This document shows positions 26,101 through 37,194 of a stretch of DNA of 64,000 bases, piece after piece (the stretch's first letter is position 1; each line of letters opens with the position of its first letter). A program made the position numbers and the translations under genes. Source of the DNA: Takakia lepidozioides (Eukaryota; Plantae; Bryophyta). The stretch is from NCBI GenBank assembly GCA_030704615.1, contig CM060731.1:82088001-82152000 (forward strand), given 5' to 3'. The notes under the pieces were generated by a model. It was given only the letters and a program-made list of their open reading frames with translations, did not search any database and was not told the DNA's origin.

Positions 26101-26719
26101 TGTCACGGACGAGAACATGACTAAACACAAACAAGAGATCAGACTAGAGGTACAAGACTAGACAAGAAGTCAAGGTCGGCGTGGCCGAATGCACGATGAG
26201 TAAATATGAATCAAGACGATTTTTATAACAACGAACAAGAGTACAAGATATTGGAACACGACTTGAATACTAGAATGCTGGAAACTGGACTGGAGTACCA
26301 GATACTGGAAACTGGGCTAGAATACTGGGAACTGGACTGGAGTACTGGAAACTGGAAACAAGAGTAGCTTGAACTGGTGTTGGCGAGACTGAAGAGTGTC
26401 CAATTTCGCCTCCTATATATACTGACTACTAGGAAGCTTCTCCTATGGAGGTTTCTGGCTGGAGAAGTTTCCAAGATTAAACAAAGGTTTCTTGATGGAG
26501 AAGCTTCCTTAAACCAATGAGGTATCTTGATGTAGAAGTTTCATCCAAAGGAAGCTTTTTGAGCAGTTTCCCAAGTTACTCTTGTTAATTTGGTAAACGC
26601 CCGGTAACTTGATAGATAATGGTAAATCACGGTAAGTCATGGTAACTTCCGGTAACATGGTAACTTGATAACTTCTGGTATTTACTCATGGTAAGTTCCT
26701 CTGGGCTATGTCCGTGACA
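26101..26719 (-). repeat. 5' LTR of chromovirus
   Basis: tgtcacggac...gtccgtgaca with 10-bp terminal inverted repeats; TATA box at 26414-26421. Confidence 0.95.
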
Positions 26720-26914
26720 GTGCACACATCATACTCAACAGTACGGAAGTGCACGAAGTGCACGAAGTACACGACATGAAAGCTTTCCTACCGTAAGCAT
26801 GGAGAGGGAATCGATGTTATGATTACTTTTGGAAGGTCCTGAGAGCGATTGTTCAATACAATGCAGTCAGTTGCCGGTGATTGCGGGTGTGAGAAGACCA
26901 CTTCAGGTTGAAAA

Positions 26915-27250
26915 GAGGAGTGTTGCACGAGGTTGGACAAATGATACAACACTGTTGTTGCTAGATCTTTGGGAGGAGAAATACGGGGACCATGGGTGTG
27001 GACCTCTGCGAGCAAAAGACTGGACATACATTGTTGACAGATTGAATGCAGGGTTTCCAATGCGCCCCATCGTTTTTGGAAGCAATGTCGCGACAAGGTC
27101 GACAATCTTAAGGATGTGTATCGAGAAAAAAAGGAAAAATGTGATGCAATAGGTGCTCCTCCTTCCGAGTGGCCATGGTACGAAAATTTTGATGGCATTC
27201 TCGGAGGCACAACAAAGGTCAATGAGATCCCTGCAGGGTATTGACCAGGG
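26915..27250 (+). pseudogene. Myb/SANT (trihelix) protein remnant, PIF/Harbinger ORF1-like
   Basis: 'RGWTNDTTLLLLDLWEEKY..LRAKDW..IVDRLN', then after a frameshift 'KQCRDKVDNLK..Y..KKEK....PPSEWPWYENFDGILG'. Confidence 0.7.
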
Positions 27251-28110
27251 AGTGCGCAACAATCCTCCCAAGACCATTGATGATGATGATACACAGTTTG
27301 ATACATAGTCCAGCCCTCTACGACAGGCTCCTGTTTTTGATGGAGGCACTGCTTTTGTCACAACACCAGATGTGACGGCGGGAACCACACCCGGCGACCT
27401 TTCCGCTGCACCTGAACTCCTAAGACGGCAGCTTGCAAATTGCCAGGTGTGTAAGGACGTCCAAACACTACAACAGATCCCGACTTCAACGTCTGCCACA
27501 TTTGCCCAGTCGTAGCATGTATGTCTACAAAATGCAAGGGGGCAATCCTGGTTGCCAATTGTGACCACCAGAAGTCGTATATGCCACCTTGTATCTCCGC
27601 CACGTCAGGATCTACGGTCAAACATATTTGACCAGATAGGGAAAGATGGTAGATACGACTAGGAGTCATGGCCAAAACTGCAACAGGATGACGTGGGCAT
27701 GGGAATGTATGACTGCCAGTATCACGACTGCACGTGGCGATTGCTGGTTGCCCAATGAGTGTCTATGTGGAAAATACAAAGATAAATGGATGCAATAGAA
27801 CAAGGATGTGACTGCAAATGACGACGTGTCTACATATCATTGCTCGCATGGATGAAATATTGTGGTGTTTGAAGTCTGCAAGTTAGCTGGTTTTGTCGAT
27901 CTATGGTGGTTTGGAGACATGTAATTACTTCATGGCAAAGGAAAGTATCAAAAAACAAATAATAAAGATGAGGATAAGCTTTGGAAGGAATGTTTTTCAG
28001 ACACCAGTCAATGGGTGGGATAATGAAGTAAAAAAGGTGAATGCCTGTTAGATTATAGAGAGCAGAAGTAACATGATATTAACAAGCAAAGCTTTGTTAA
28101 AAATTGTCAT

Positions 28111-28897
28111 CAGCCATGGAAATGGGCAAAGTGGTGCATGGTGACATTGTCAAAGCTGGAATTGTACCGGATGATAGTTTGAACACTGTCCTAGTGGACA
28201 ACCAATATGTATGCGAGACTTGTGGCAACCCTGGAAAGGAGCGCAGAGGTCCATTGTGACATTGTCAAAGCTGGAATTATACCAAATGACATTCTGAACA
28301 CTGCCCTGGTGGACAGCCAATGCTTGTGGGAGTGCGGCAGCCCTGGAAACAAGCGCAACGGTTCATGGTGACATCGTCAAAGCTGGAATTGTAAGGTATG
28401 TCATTCTGAACCCTACCCTAGTGGCCAACAATGCGTGTGCAGGCTTGGCAGCCCTGAAAATAGGCAAAGCGGTCCACGGTGACATGTTCAAAGCTGAAAT
28501 TGTACTATTTGTCATTCTGAACATTGTCTTAGGGGCCAGCAATGTGTGTGCGAGCCTGGCAGCCCTAGAAGTGGGCAAAGTGGTCCATGGTGACATTGTC
28601 ACAGCTGGATTTGTACTAGATGACATTTTGAGTGGCCTTGGTGGATAGCCAATGCTTGTGAGAGTGCGGCAGCCTTGTAAACGAGCGCAGAGGTCCATGG
28701 TGACATCGTCAAAGTTGGAATTATACCAAATGACATTCTGAACACTGCCCTGGTGGACAACCAATGCTTGTGGGACTGCGGCAGCCCTGGAAACGAGTGC
28801 AAAGGACATCGTCAAAGCTGGAATTGTAAGGTATGTCATTCTGAACCCTACCCTAGTGGCCAACAATGCGTGTGCAGGCTTGGCAGCCCTGAAAATA
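28111..28897 (+). repeat. ~111-bp tandem array (7 units) derived from a PPR L/S motif junction
   Basis: Anchor 'catggtgaca' at 28137, 28252, 28364, 28475, 28586 and 28696, with a deleted version near 28805. Translates as 'NACASLAALEVGKVVHGDIVKAGIV..DILNTALVD'. Confidence 0.85.
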
Positions 28898-29039
28898 TTA
28901 TGATAATTTGGTTATTTTCCTGGTGTTTATAAGGTACTTGGGAGGGCGCTTGGTCTTAGGGGCCGTGCGTAAATCTATGGCTGTTCATCTGCACCGTGGT
29001 GGTTCTCATAGGCCAATCCGAGATAAACCGACTCTAGAC

Positions 29040-29810
29040 ACAAGCAGCACACACAAGAGGTCCTTTTGGGTTGATGGTCGGTTGAATCCTCTCTGGGTGA
29101 AAGAAAAGCTAGCTGCTTTCATGACAAGGTCAAGGAGCTGAAGGATCAGGGATAGAGTGTGGGTCCAGATTCATCCAAGATGTGGAGTTGCAAGCACAAA
29201 ATTACCTAAGACTTTCTGTGGATTGATAGTTGCAAGAAACCTGCATGGTTAGATGGTCAACTGGAAGTAGCAACAGCAGTGACACATTTGATAAATCCAG
29301 GCACCTCAACCATGACCACAGCTTCTAAAAGAGGGCCAAGAGAGGGAGTCCACAATGCCTTTCCTGGTACTTCTGGGCATGTGAGGATGCTCTGTGAGGC
29401 AGGACGACTGAAAGTTGAGGGCCCTCTATAGACTATAAACTAAGGACGCATTTCAGCAGTTTTTTGCATAAGTGCATCAAGATGAAAGTCCTAGAAGCTG
29501 GAAAGCAGGTGCACGGTCACATTATCCAAAGTGGATTTAAACTAGACAAGACCCTTGTCAACTTGTATGTTGAGTGCAGGAGCATCGTGGATGCCCACAA
29601 AATGTTCAACAAAATGCCTCAATTATGTTTGGTCACGTGGAATATAATGGTGGCAGGATTTACCAAACATGGGTGTGGTAGGATTGCTTTGGAGACATAT
29701 GAGCAAATAATGCGGGAAGGTTGAAGCCCAACCACATCACGTTTGTTTGCGTTTGCAATGTGTGCTGGCAGCTCTAGAAAGGGCTAATATGTCCATGGTG
29801 ACATCATCTG
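29040..29810 (+). pseudogene. Truncated PLS-PPR pseudogene, paralog of the 45.6-48.4 kb gene
   Basis: Nucleotide similarity to 45585-46450 (e.g. accatgaccacagct.. vs accatgaccactgct..). PPR peptide 'KCIKMKVLEAGKQVHGHIIQSG..WNIMVAGFTKHG'; frameshifts. Confidence 0.8.
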
Positions 29811-29950
29811 GATAGCCTTGGAATCAGAAATCTAGTAACTTCGAAAAACCTCCTAGGTACTTAATGCTTATACATCCTGTGCGCTATAAGTTCAACTGGC
29901 TGAAGTATATGGTTCGAAGTTAGTAACAGTTTCTAGGATGGCGGGCTGAG

Positions 29951-32900
29951 AGAAATGAAATTAAATGAAATGGTGCTTTATAACGTCCGCGGAAAGCTCA
30001 TAGAGCTTATGAGACAAAATGGAAAGAAAAACATGAGAGAAAACAGGAAACCAGAGTCAAAGAAAAGAACTATTGTTCGAGTGATTGTCTAAGGGTGAAT
30101 GCCTCGTGCAGGTAGGCTGCCAAGCATTTCTGATCCTCATAGTGAAAGACCTTAGTGAGAGATTGGGTTCCACGGAATAGACAATGGAATCTCCCACGGA
30201 TCTCATAGTATAGAGGGCAATAGAAGAAGAAGTGTTCTTCAGTTTCGATTTCCTGGTTGCGCCCTGTGCAAACTGGACAGAGACGGTCCTCCCGCTGTAG
30301 GTTTTCCCATCTGCCAGTCTCTATACATAGGTTGTGGGAGCCCACCCTGAACCGCCCCAAAGCCCTCAGGAGAGAAGGAGATAAAGAGGCCGAAAGGTAA
30401 TTGGGCCGCAAGATTCTATCATCTCGGAGAAACAAGAATGTTTCTTGATAGAAATGGAGCTTTGTCGTGAGGTTGGGTAACTTCCAAGTTCTCCTGACAT
30501 GTAGCTCCATGAGCTCCTTTCTAATGAGTTGGTTGCGGTCATGCTTGGATGTGATGTCCACCTCTTCTGGGTTCACTGGTAGTAGTGAAGCAATAGAGAG
30601 TCCATGGCGTTCAAAAAAGGTATCCACCCGAGCATACCAGGATTGTTTGAAACTTGCATTTTTGACTCTAATAGATGTCGCAAGGGCCCTGGCCACAAGC
30701 CCGTTGGGAGGAAGGGCCTGTAACCTATGCAGGAAAATCGTAAGCCGGAAGAGAGCCTCAGTTTGAAGTGGCACGCAGGCAAATTCTGCATTCAGTATGT
30801 GCGATGGAGTTGTGCCTCTGGCGCCAAGTATTTCCTGGAGGAAAGATAACTGCAATGGTTCCAGATTCTTTTCCCACCAGGAAACTGGGACCGCAGGTGC
30901 CCATAATTCACAACCAAAAGTGGCATTTGGGGTGACCACGCTATCAAACACCCACTTCTTGGTTGGTGGGTGGCGCAGGTGTTTGCTTGCATTTGGCCTG
31001 AAGGCGGATGGAGGCTGCCTTGCCTTTTGTCAATCTGTCCAGGGCAGTTGCTGCAAACTGGAATCTGGGGGAGTGGATAACCAGACCCAGATACCGGTAG
31101 GATTTTACTATCTCAACCTCCCGATTGTTGAGGAAGAATTTGCGGTCGGCCTGCCCATTGAAAACCATGATCTTGGTTTTTGTAAGGTTGACTTGCAGCC
31201 CATAGTCTTTGGAGAACTCTTCCAAGATTTGGAGATGGCGTTGTAGGAAGACAGGAGAATGTGCCAAAAGGGCAACATCATCTGCGTAGAGGAGATCTGA
31301 TTGTGTTGGTCCTCCATCCAATGGCACACCAACTCCATGGTTTTTTGAGATGTAGACTTCCAAGGCATCAATGTAGATTCCGAATAGGGTAGGTGAGAGG
31401 GGGCAGCCCTGTTTGACCCAATGCTGCTATGGACCTCAGCCGAGAATTCCCCTGCGACATTGACCATGCCAGTGACGATCTCATACATGGAGGAAATAGC
31501 ATAGAGAATGTTTTGAGGGACTCCCACCTTCTGGAGCCTTCGGTAAAGAAGGTCGCGAAGAACCGAATCAAAAGCCTTGTGAAAGTCCACGAAGCAGACT
31601 TAAACAAGTTTTTTGTCAAAGCTAGCACTTTCCACCATAACCTGAAGAGTGAAAATGTGGTCAAGAGTGGATCTGTTGCGACGGAAACCAGCTTGTCCCT
31701 TAGCCCGTATGTGAGAGGATTCAGCCCAATCATCCAATTCCATGGCCACTACTGCCCCAAACAGCTTAGCCAATAATGATGACACCATAATTGTGCGATA
31801 GTTGGTCGCGGGTGCGAGCCTGTCACCACTCTTGAAGTGGGGATGGATGATGCTCTTTGTCCACTTTGTTGGAAAGCCATGTTCCACTGCCTCATTGAAG
31901 AGGTAAGCTAGAAACGGGGCCAAAGTGGGAGCTGCGTGCTTGATGAATTCACCCTGTAGCCCTGAAATATCCAATGCCCTGCCATTTTGCAGCTTCTTGA
32001 TTGCCTTGCTGACGTTGGTTGTAGTAAAGAGAGAGAAGTGTAGGGGTTTAGAGGTTATGGGAGAACAAGTTTGGTTTGGGGAATGATACAATGACTGGGC
32101 ATACTCATGCCAGACGTGAATGTCAGTGATCGCAGGTGGATCTCTGTAAGGTTTAAGGAGGGACCAAAAAGAACGAGGAGAAAATCTGACTTTTGCAAGG
32201 AAAGAAGATTGGAGCTTGAGAGTGTAGGCTCTTTTTTTAGGTCTAATGAGGGACTTATAGTGCTTGAGAGTGAGGTTTTTGGAATGTGGAGAGGAATGGA
32301 TATCTAGGGATAGAGATTTGATGTGTCTTCTAGCCACTTTGCATTCTTCGTCATAGAAAGGTGCATATCTACGAGTGGAGAGGGGTGGGGACGTAGATGG
32401 GAGGGTGACTGGAAAGGAAAGCAGGGCTGAGTCCTATAGAGCATGTGTTAGATGGGTAGCCTTGTCATCAGTAGATGGTCGAGCAAAGATGGAGGGGAGG
32501 ATTGAAGCTAGGTAAGTTTCATAATGAGCATTGTGTAAGTGAGAGAAGGGGATATTGAAGTGGATATGAGGGTGTGAAGGGAGAGAAACAGAGGCACTCC
32601 CCCTGACGGGGAGAGAGATGGAAGGAAATACAAATGAAAGGCAAGAGTGATCAGAATCTGGGTACCTCGTGATGTAGAAAAAGCTAACTCTATCAATTGT
32701 GTTGGGGCTCCCCAAGAGATAGTCAACCACGCTCTGTCCTTTGTATGTGTGGTAGGTGAACTCGCTCGATGATTTGAAAGTGGTCGTGCCATTGTAGATG
32801 ACAAGTCCCTGAATCTCGCAAAACTTAAGTAGATGGTGACCATAGCTTGTGATTTTGCTAGAGACGTCCGGACTTTGCCTTTCCAGGGTCCCATGTGAGT

Positions 32901-33475
32901 GTTGGATGTGTTGAGGGTCCGTGGGGTCGAAGGTTGGAGCATGTAGAGAACTTGTACGGGCGTTGAAGTCGCCAACTAAGAATATGTCTTTGTGTGGGGT
33001 ACGGAGACGGGCTATATCCTCTTCCAGTGGAACATAAGGTGAATCGGTTTGCGTGGAGGCCACTGTGTGGAGATGCAGCCGGGGCAAAGTAACATCCCGC
33101 TAGTAGAATGTTTGGTTGGTGATGGTAGCCTTTGATCTGATACCAAATGTACCTTGCCAATTGCTCGTAGATTCTCCACGTCCCTATCTTTGGCTGCGAG
33201 TAAATTCTGCAGAGTCTCTTCTGAGACGCAACGGGATTGCAAGATGGCAACCTGCTCTCGTAGGATCTGAATGTAGGATCTGAATGTCTACACTCCTAGT
33301 GGAATACTGGCGCAACGGAGAGGTATGCTGAGAGCTCGGGGTAGGAAGAAGGAGGAGAGGAGTATCAGGGAGAGGCGAGGGAGACCCATCTTCGTCCCCA
33401 GTCTGTTGTCGTTTAGATGAGGACATGGCGGAGAGGGTTGGGGCGGGCGCCGACGCGGCGAAGGAAGGAAGAGAG
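29951..33475 (-). mobile_element. RTE-X-like LINE, internally deleted
   Basis: ORF1 start MSSSKRQQ (33426) with coiled coil, joined to a partial APE endonuclease (GDFNART, VVDY, SDH). RT motifs (NYRTI, QAGFR, DFHKAFDSV, LYADD), C-terminal 'RLCPVC..ETEEHFFFYCPLY', 3' stem-loop and (CATTT)n tail. Confidence 0.88.
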
Positions 33476-35514
33476 AGAGAGAGAGAGAGACTTCATAAAC
33501 TTGGTGAGAGGGAAGAAAAGTGGAGAAAAACCATGGAGGCTCTCAGCTTTGGAAGACGTTTGAAAAGAAGGCTTCTTGTATGCACGGTATGCCTCGTAAC
33601 ATGCGTACTTGTCAGGCCCAACTTTAGGTGTGCTTTCACACCATAAGAATTTGCTGGGTTCCACTGTACAGGTGAAATCCCTAGATGAAGGCTTGCAACA
33701 GTCGGGAAGCTCATAATAAGCTGGAGCTTCTCCAGTCCCAGATCCAGGCTGCTTCATCATCCATATGTGTTCTGATCTGATTATCCGCAGGGTAAGTACA
33801 GAAAATCTTGTGACAGTAAAAAAGAAGGAAGTGTGAGCTTTCTGGCCTCCACATTCGACCTTGGATTTGGATGGGAGTCTGGACTGAGATGTTTTGTGGT
33901 GCATAATCTAGCGGCCCAAAAATGCTGCAGGGAAAGCTAAGGAGATTGGCCTCGAACAAGAGCAGGTAGAGCACTTTCGCTTCACAAAGCACAGTTGATC
34001 ACCTTTTGCAGCAGCCTGTCCAGAGGTTGAGTCACTTGGAGACAAAAATATAGCACCTGGAGCGCCAAGTCTTACTAAACTGCAGACAATTTAGCTCAAA
34101 ATCACAAAGAGATTACCACACCCTTCTCATCTTCTATGCACAATGTCGCTACTTGGTGTGTAATTTCTCACCATAGTGGTCGTGACTTTGAGCAGCTGCT
34201 CATGGGTCTACTCCACGGCCACAAACCTCCGACGCACTGAACCCTTATACTGACACGAATTGACATGAATTGTGTGACCCACACCACTCAGTTTCTCAAA
34301 TCACCGTCAGAGCAAAGACATAACAGAGGTGCAGTTAAGAATTTGACCGACGCTGCGCAAAATGACCAAGTCCGCCTGGTTAGGCCGTAACTACTGAAAT
34401 GCTGCCCCATCCAAGATGTGCTCGAGTTGAGTTGACAAGCCTGATGCCTTAGGGCTCGTATCAAAATCATACATGCAGCTTCAAAGAAGAAATTGAACTA
34501 CCGGCCCATCACTGACAGGTAAGACAGAGCTTTAACCACCTTCGAAACCTCTAAGACTAAGCCTAGGATTCCAGCCAAGACAAGAAATTCCCCAAGCAAC
34601 AATGGCGACTCAATAATTTTCACAGACAGTTTGTTGTGCCTTCTAAGCCCCTATTGCTAATTATACATTCAATGTGCTACCAATTGTCAATGCCTTCCTT
34701 CTCCTTCCGCTGCTCAAATTTTGATAAAAGCTTCAGTAGAGGGCAATCGACGGCCGACTGTGACTAACTGACTCCGGGGCCTGGTTCATCCTGCATTCGT
34801 CCTAGAGATGCATCGCCGAAAGGTTGACCTGCCAAACTTGTCCATGCAAACTGTCGGGCATGGTTCTACTGTCGCAGGTGGGCACGGAAATTCTTGCCGG
34901 GCCGAATCCAAGCGCCTCATCATGCTTTGCACGCCTCAAGAGAACAATCTGAGCCTTCTACATTCGAGCATTCTCTGCCCTATAAAACCCACGCTGCGAT
35001 CGCTAGCATCGCAGCATCCTGGAGGTCGTCATTGATTGTCTATCGATCTGCTAATTTTGTGGGTCTCCATAGACTACTGCTTGTGTCAAGTTTATTCCAT
35101 TTTTAGCATTTAAAATCTGATCCACGAAGGTTAACTGCGTTTTGCTTCCAGACTGTTGTCTTGGGGACATTACAATGACTTCGACGTTGAGGATGTTGTA
35201 GTTAGTAAGCTCATAATTCTGTTTCAGACTCGTATCAAAGATGTATAGAACTGTATTGATTAGCCGAAGCGGCAATTGAAGCTGTTCAATTGAAGTTCCA
35301 ATTCGAGGAGTACTGGACAGTGTCAGATTTGCAAGTTTGTCTTGGATAGGTGTGTGTGCAAGGATTAGCTGATGAACGTTTACTACATTCGGACTAATAA
35401 TGCCATAGTGCTATGTTGTGCATCCACAGGCACGGATCGACGCGCCATTCCATGTGATCCCAGAAATTAAGAGTTGAACAGAGCCAGCGTGTTCGAGGAA
35501 GTCCAGTGCTCCCC

Positions 35515-36198
35515 ATGGAAGGTATCAAAACCACAATGATGGTGGCAATCATAATGCTGCTGCTAGTGCCGGGGGCCGTCGCATTGCGGCACCGAGTGGG
35601 TGAAAACACAGGCTGGACCTTCCCACCCAATCCGGGTTTCTATGCAGGATGGGCGAGAGGGACTGTCTTCCAAGTCGGAGATACTCTAGGTAAGTCTTGG
35701 TTTCTGATCTACAGCTGCACGTAAGTGATCTTATTGCAAAGTAATAATAAGAGTAGGCAGCACTTGCGTAATAACGAGTAAGGCATGGATGCGTGAGTAG
35801 GAGGGATTCTGCCATTTAGGCTTCCAGCTCTCAATGACGTAATCTGCATCAACTGACCTTAACGTTTTGATAAGGACCAGGTTCACAAATGCAGTTGAAA
35901 TGGTGACTTATGTACATCAGGTGGCTCAGTAGATAGAAAACCTTGACTGATAATCCTGGGGCTGACTGTTCGATTGATGCTGAGGGTAGAGTTCAATTAT
36001 ATTAGTGGGGCGCACAATGTACTCCAAGTCCGCAAGACAGACTATGACAGTTGCAACACAGCCAGCCCCATAGCAACGATCGACGACCATACCGCTAGCG
36101 ATGTGGGTTTGCGGGCAGCTGGCACATACTATTTCATCTGCGGACTACGAGGCCACTGCGATGCCGGCATGAAGCTTGAACTGGCCGTGTCTGGTTAG
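35515..36198 (+). CDS. Plantacyanin/basic blue copper protein (phytocyanin), 2 exons
   Basis: Signal peptide, 'HRVGENTGWT', intron 35690-35989 (GT..AG). Cu ligands in HNV and 'ICGLRGHCDAGMKL' (Met axial); no GPI tail. Confidence 0.9.
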
Positions 36199-37194
36199 GA
36201 TAATTTTGCGAGGATGGATAACAGAGGGTTTCTATTTATATTTTGCTGATCTGTGGAGGTTTCATTTGGGAGGCCTACTTCTTCGTCATGCAGCTGATGT
36301 CTAAAGCTCAGCTGCTGAGATTTGTCGATGTATTTCTTAGTAAGTCTCCAGTAAGTCGGAATAAAGAATACATTTGATTCGCCCGGGCTCCCGGACAGTG
36401 AAGAACGTTCATGAAGGTAACATGCATCTATCATAGTTTTGAGATACTTCATGTGTTTCTCCTACATTTTAGGACTGAGCAATTTTGGCGCAGTGACCCT
36501 CCTGTCCACCATTGATGATTGTAACGAGGTCCAGACAAGAAGACAGCGCAGGCAAGAGAAACATACTGGCACACACATTGCTTCAGATCCAGAGTGCAGG
36601 GCAGTAATACCTATGGCACATTAGATTGCGCTGTTGGGTCTCATCACCTTCGTAAATATGTAGACTGAGTGGATGCTAGTACGCTTGATTGCATGAAAAA
36701 GCGGTCTTCAACAGCTCCAGGTACTATCTCTGACGTAAGGGGCAGTCGTCTACAAGGATGACTAGTTCTCCATATCCCAAATTTCATTTTGACCTGTAAT
36801 GATCAGACAATGACCTAAAGCACACTCGAGACTTAGGTCTGGCTAACAACTGGAATTCTTCTTGTGGACCACATAGAGCTAGTTGTTGTGACTCACACTT
36901 CCACATTCAAGATGGACAAGGCACAGAAGATATAACGATGTTCAAGATCTTAATGCTTCTCTATTGTTACGTGAGAAGAGGGAGAGAACGCAGGCTCAGC
37001 AGGCATCTCTGCAAAAAGTTGGGGGTTCCAAAAGCTTCATTCAAATCTGAACAATTTGAGGAATATACAGAGTGATTTTCTGAGTCAAAAACATGCTCTG
37101 AGAAAATCAGGATAGCCATCTGTTCTCTATACATAAAAAAACATTCCAACCCCAGCTGTCGTGAACCGAGACATTATTTATTTAGAGTCTCAGA

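Larger units (their letters stand above)
19847..26719 (-). mobile_element. Full-length decayed Ty3/gypsy chromovirus (Tcn1/Tf1-sushi-like)
   Basis: Paired TG..CA LTRs and 5-bp TSD gtgta/gtgca. Gag with CCHC knuckle (CLYCGEDDHIALNC), protease (LDSGA), RT (YLDD), RNase H ([11 protein letters not shown]), integrase (GQTERVNQ) and chromodomain (EYEVDEVLDSR). PPT GAGGGGGTGA next to the 3' LTR. Confidence 0.95.

Noticed and set aside
28363-28866. Minus-strand repetitive 167-aa ORF
   Set aside because: Antisense shadow of the PPR-derived array.
33500-34000. Cys-rich minus-strand ORF next to the LINE 5' end
   Set aside because: May be a real exon, but no family recognised and no gene model can be supported.
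34210-34232. tRNA-His-like fragment ctccacggccacaa
   Set aside because: Too short; no cloverleaf or A/B boxes.
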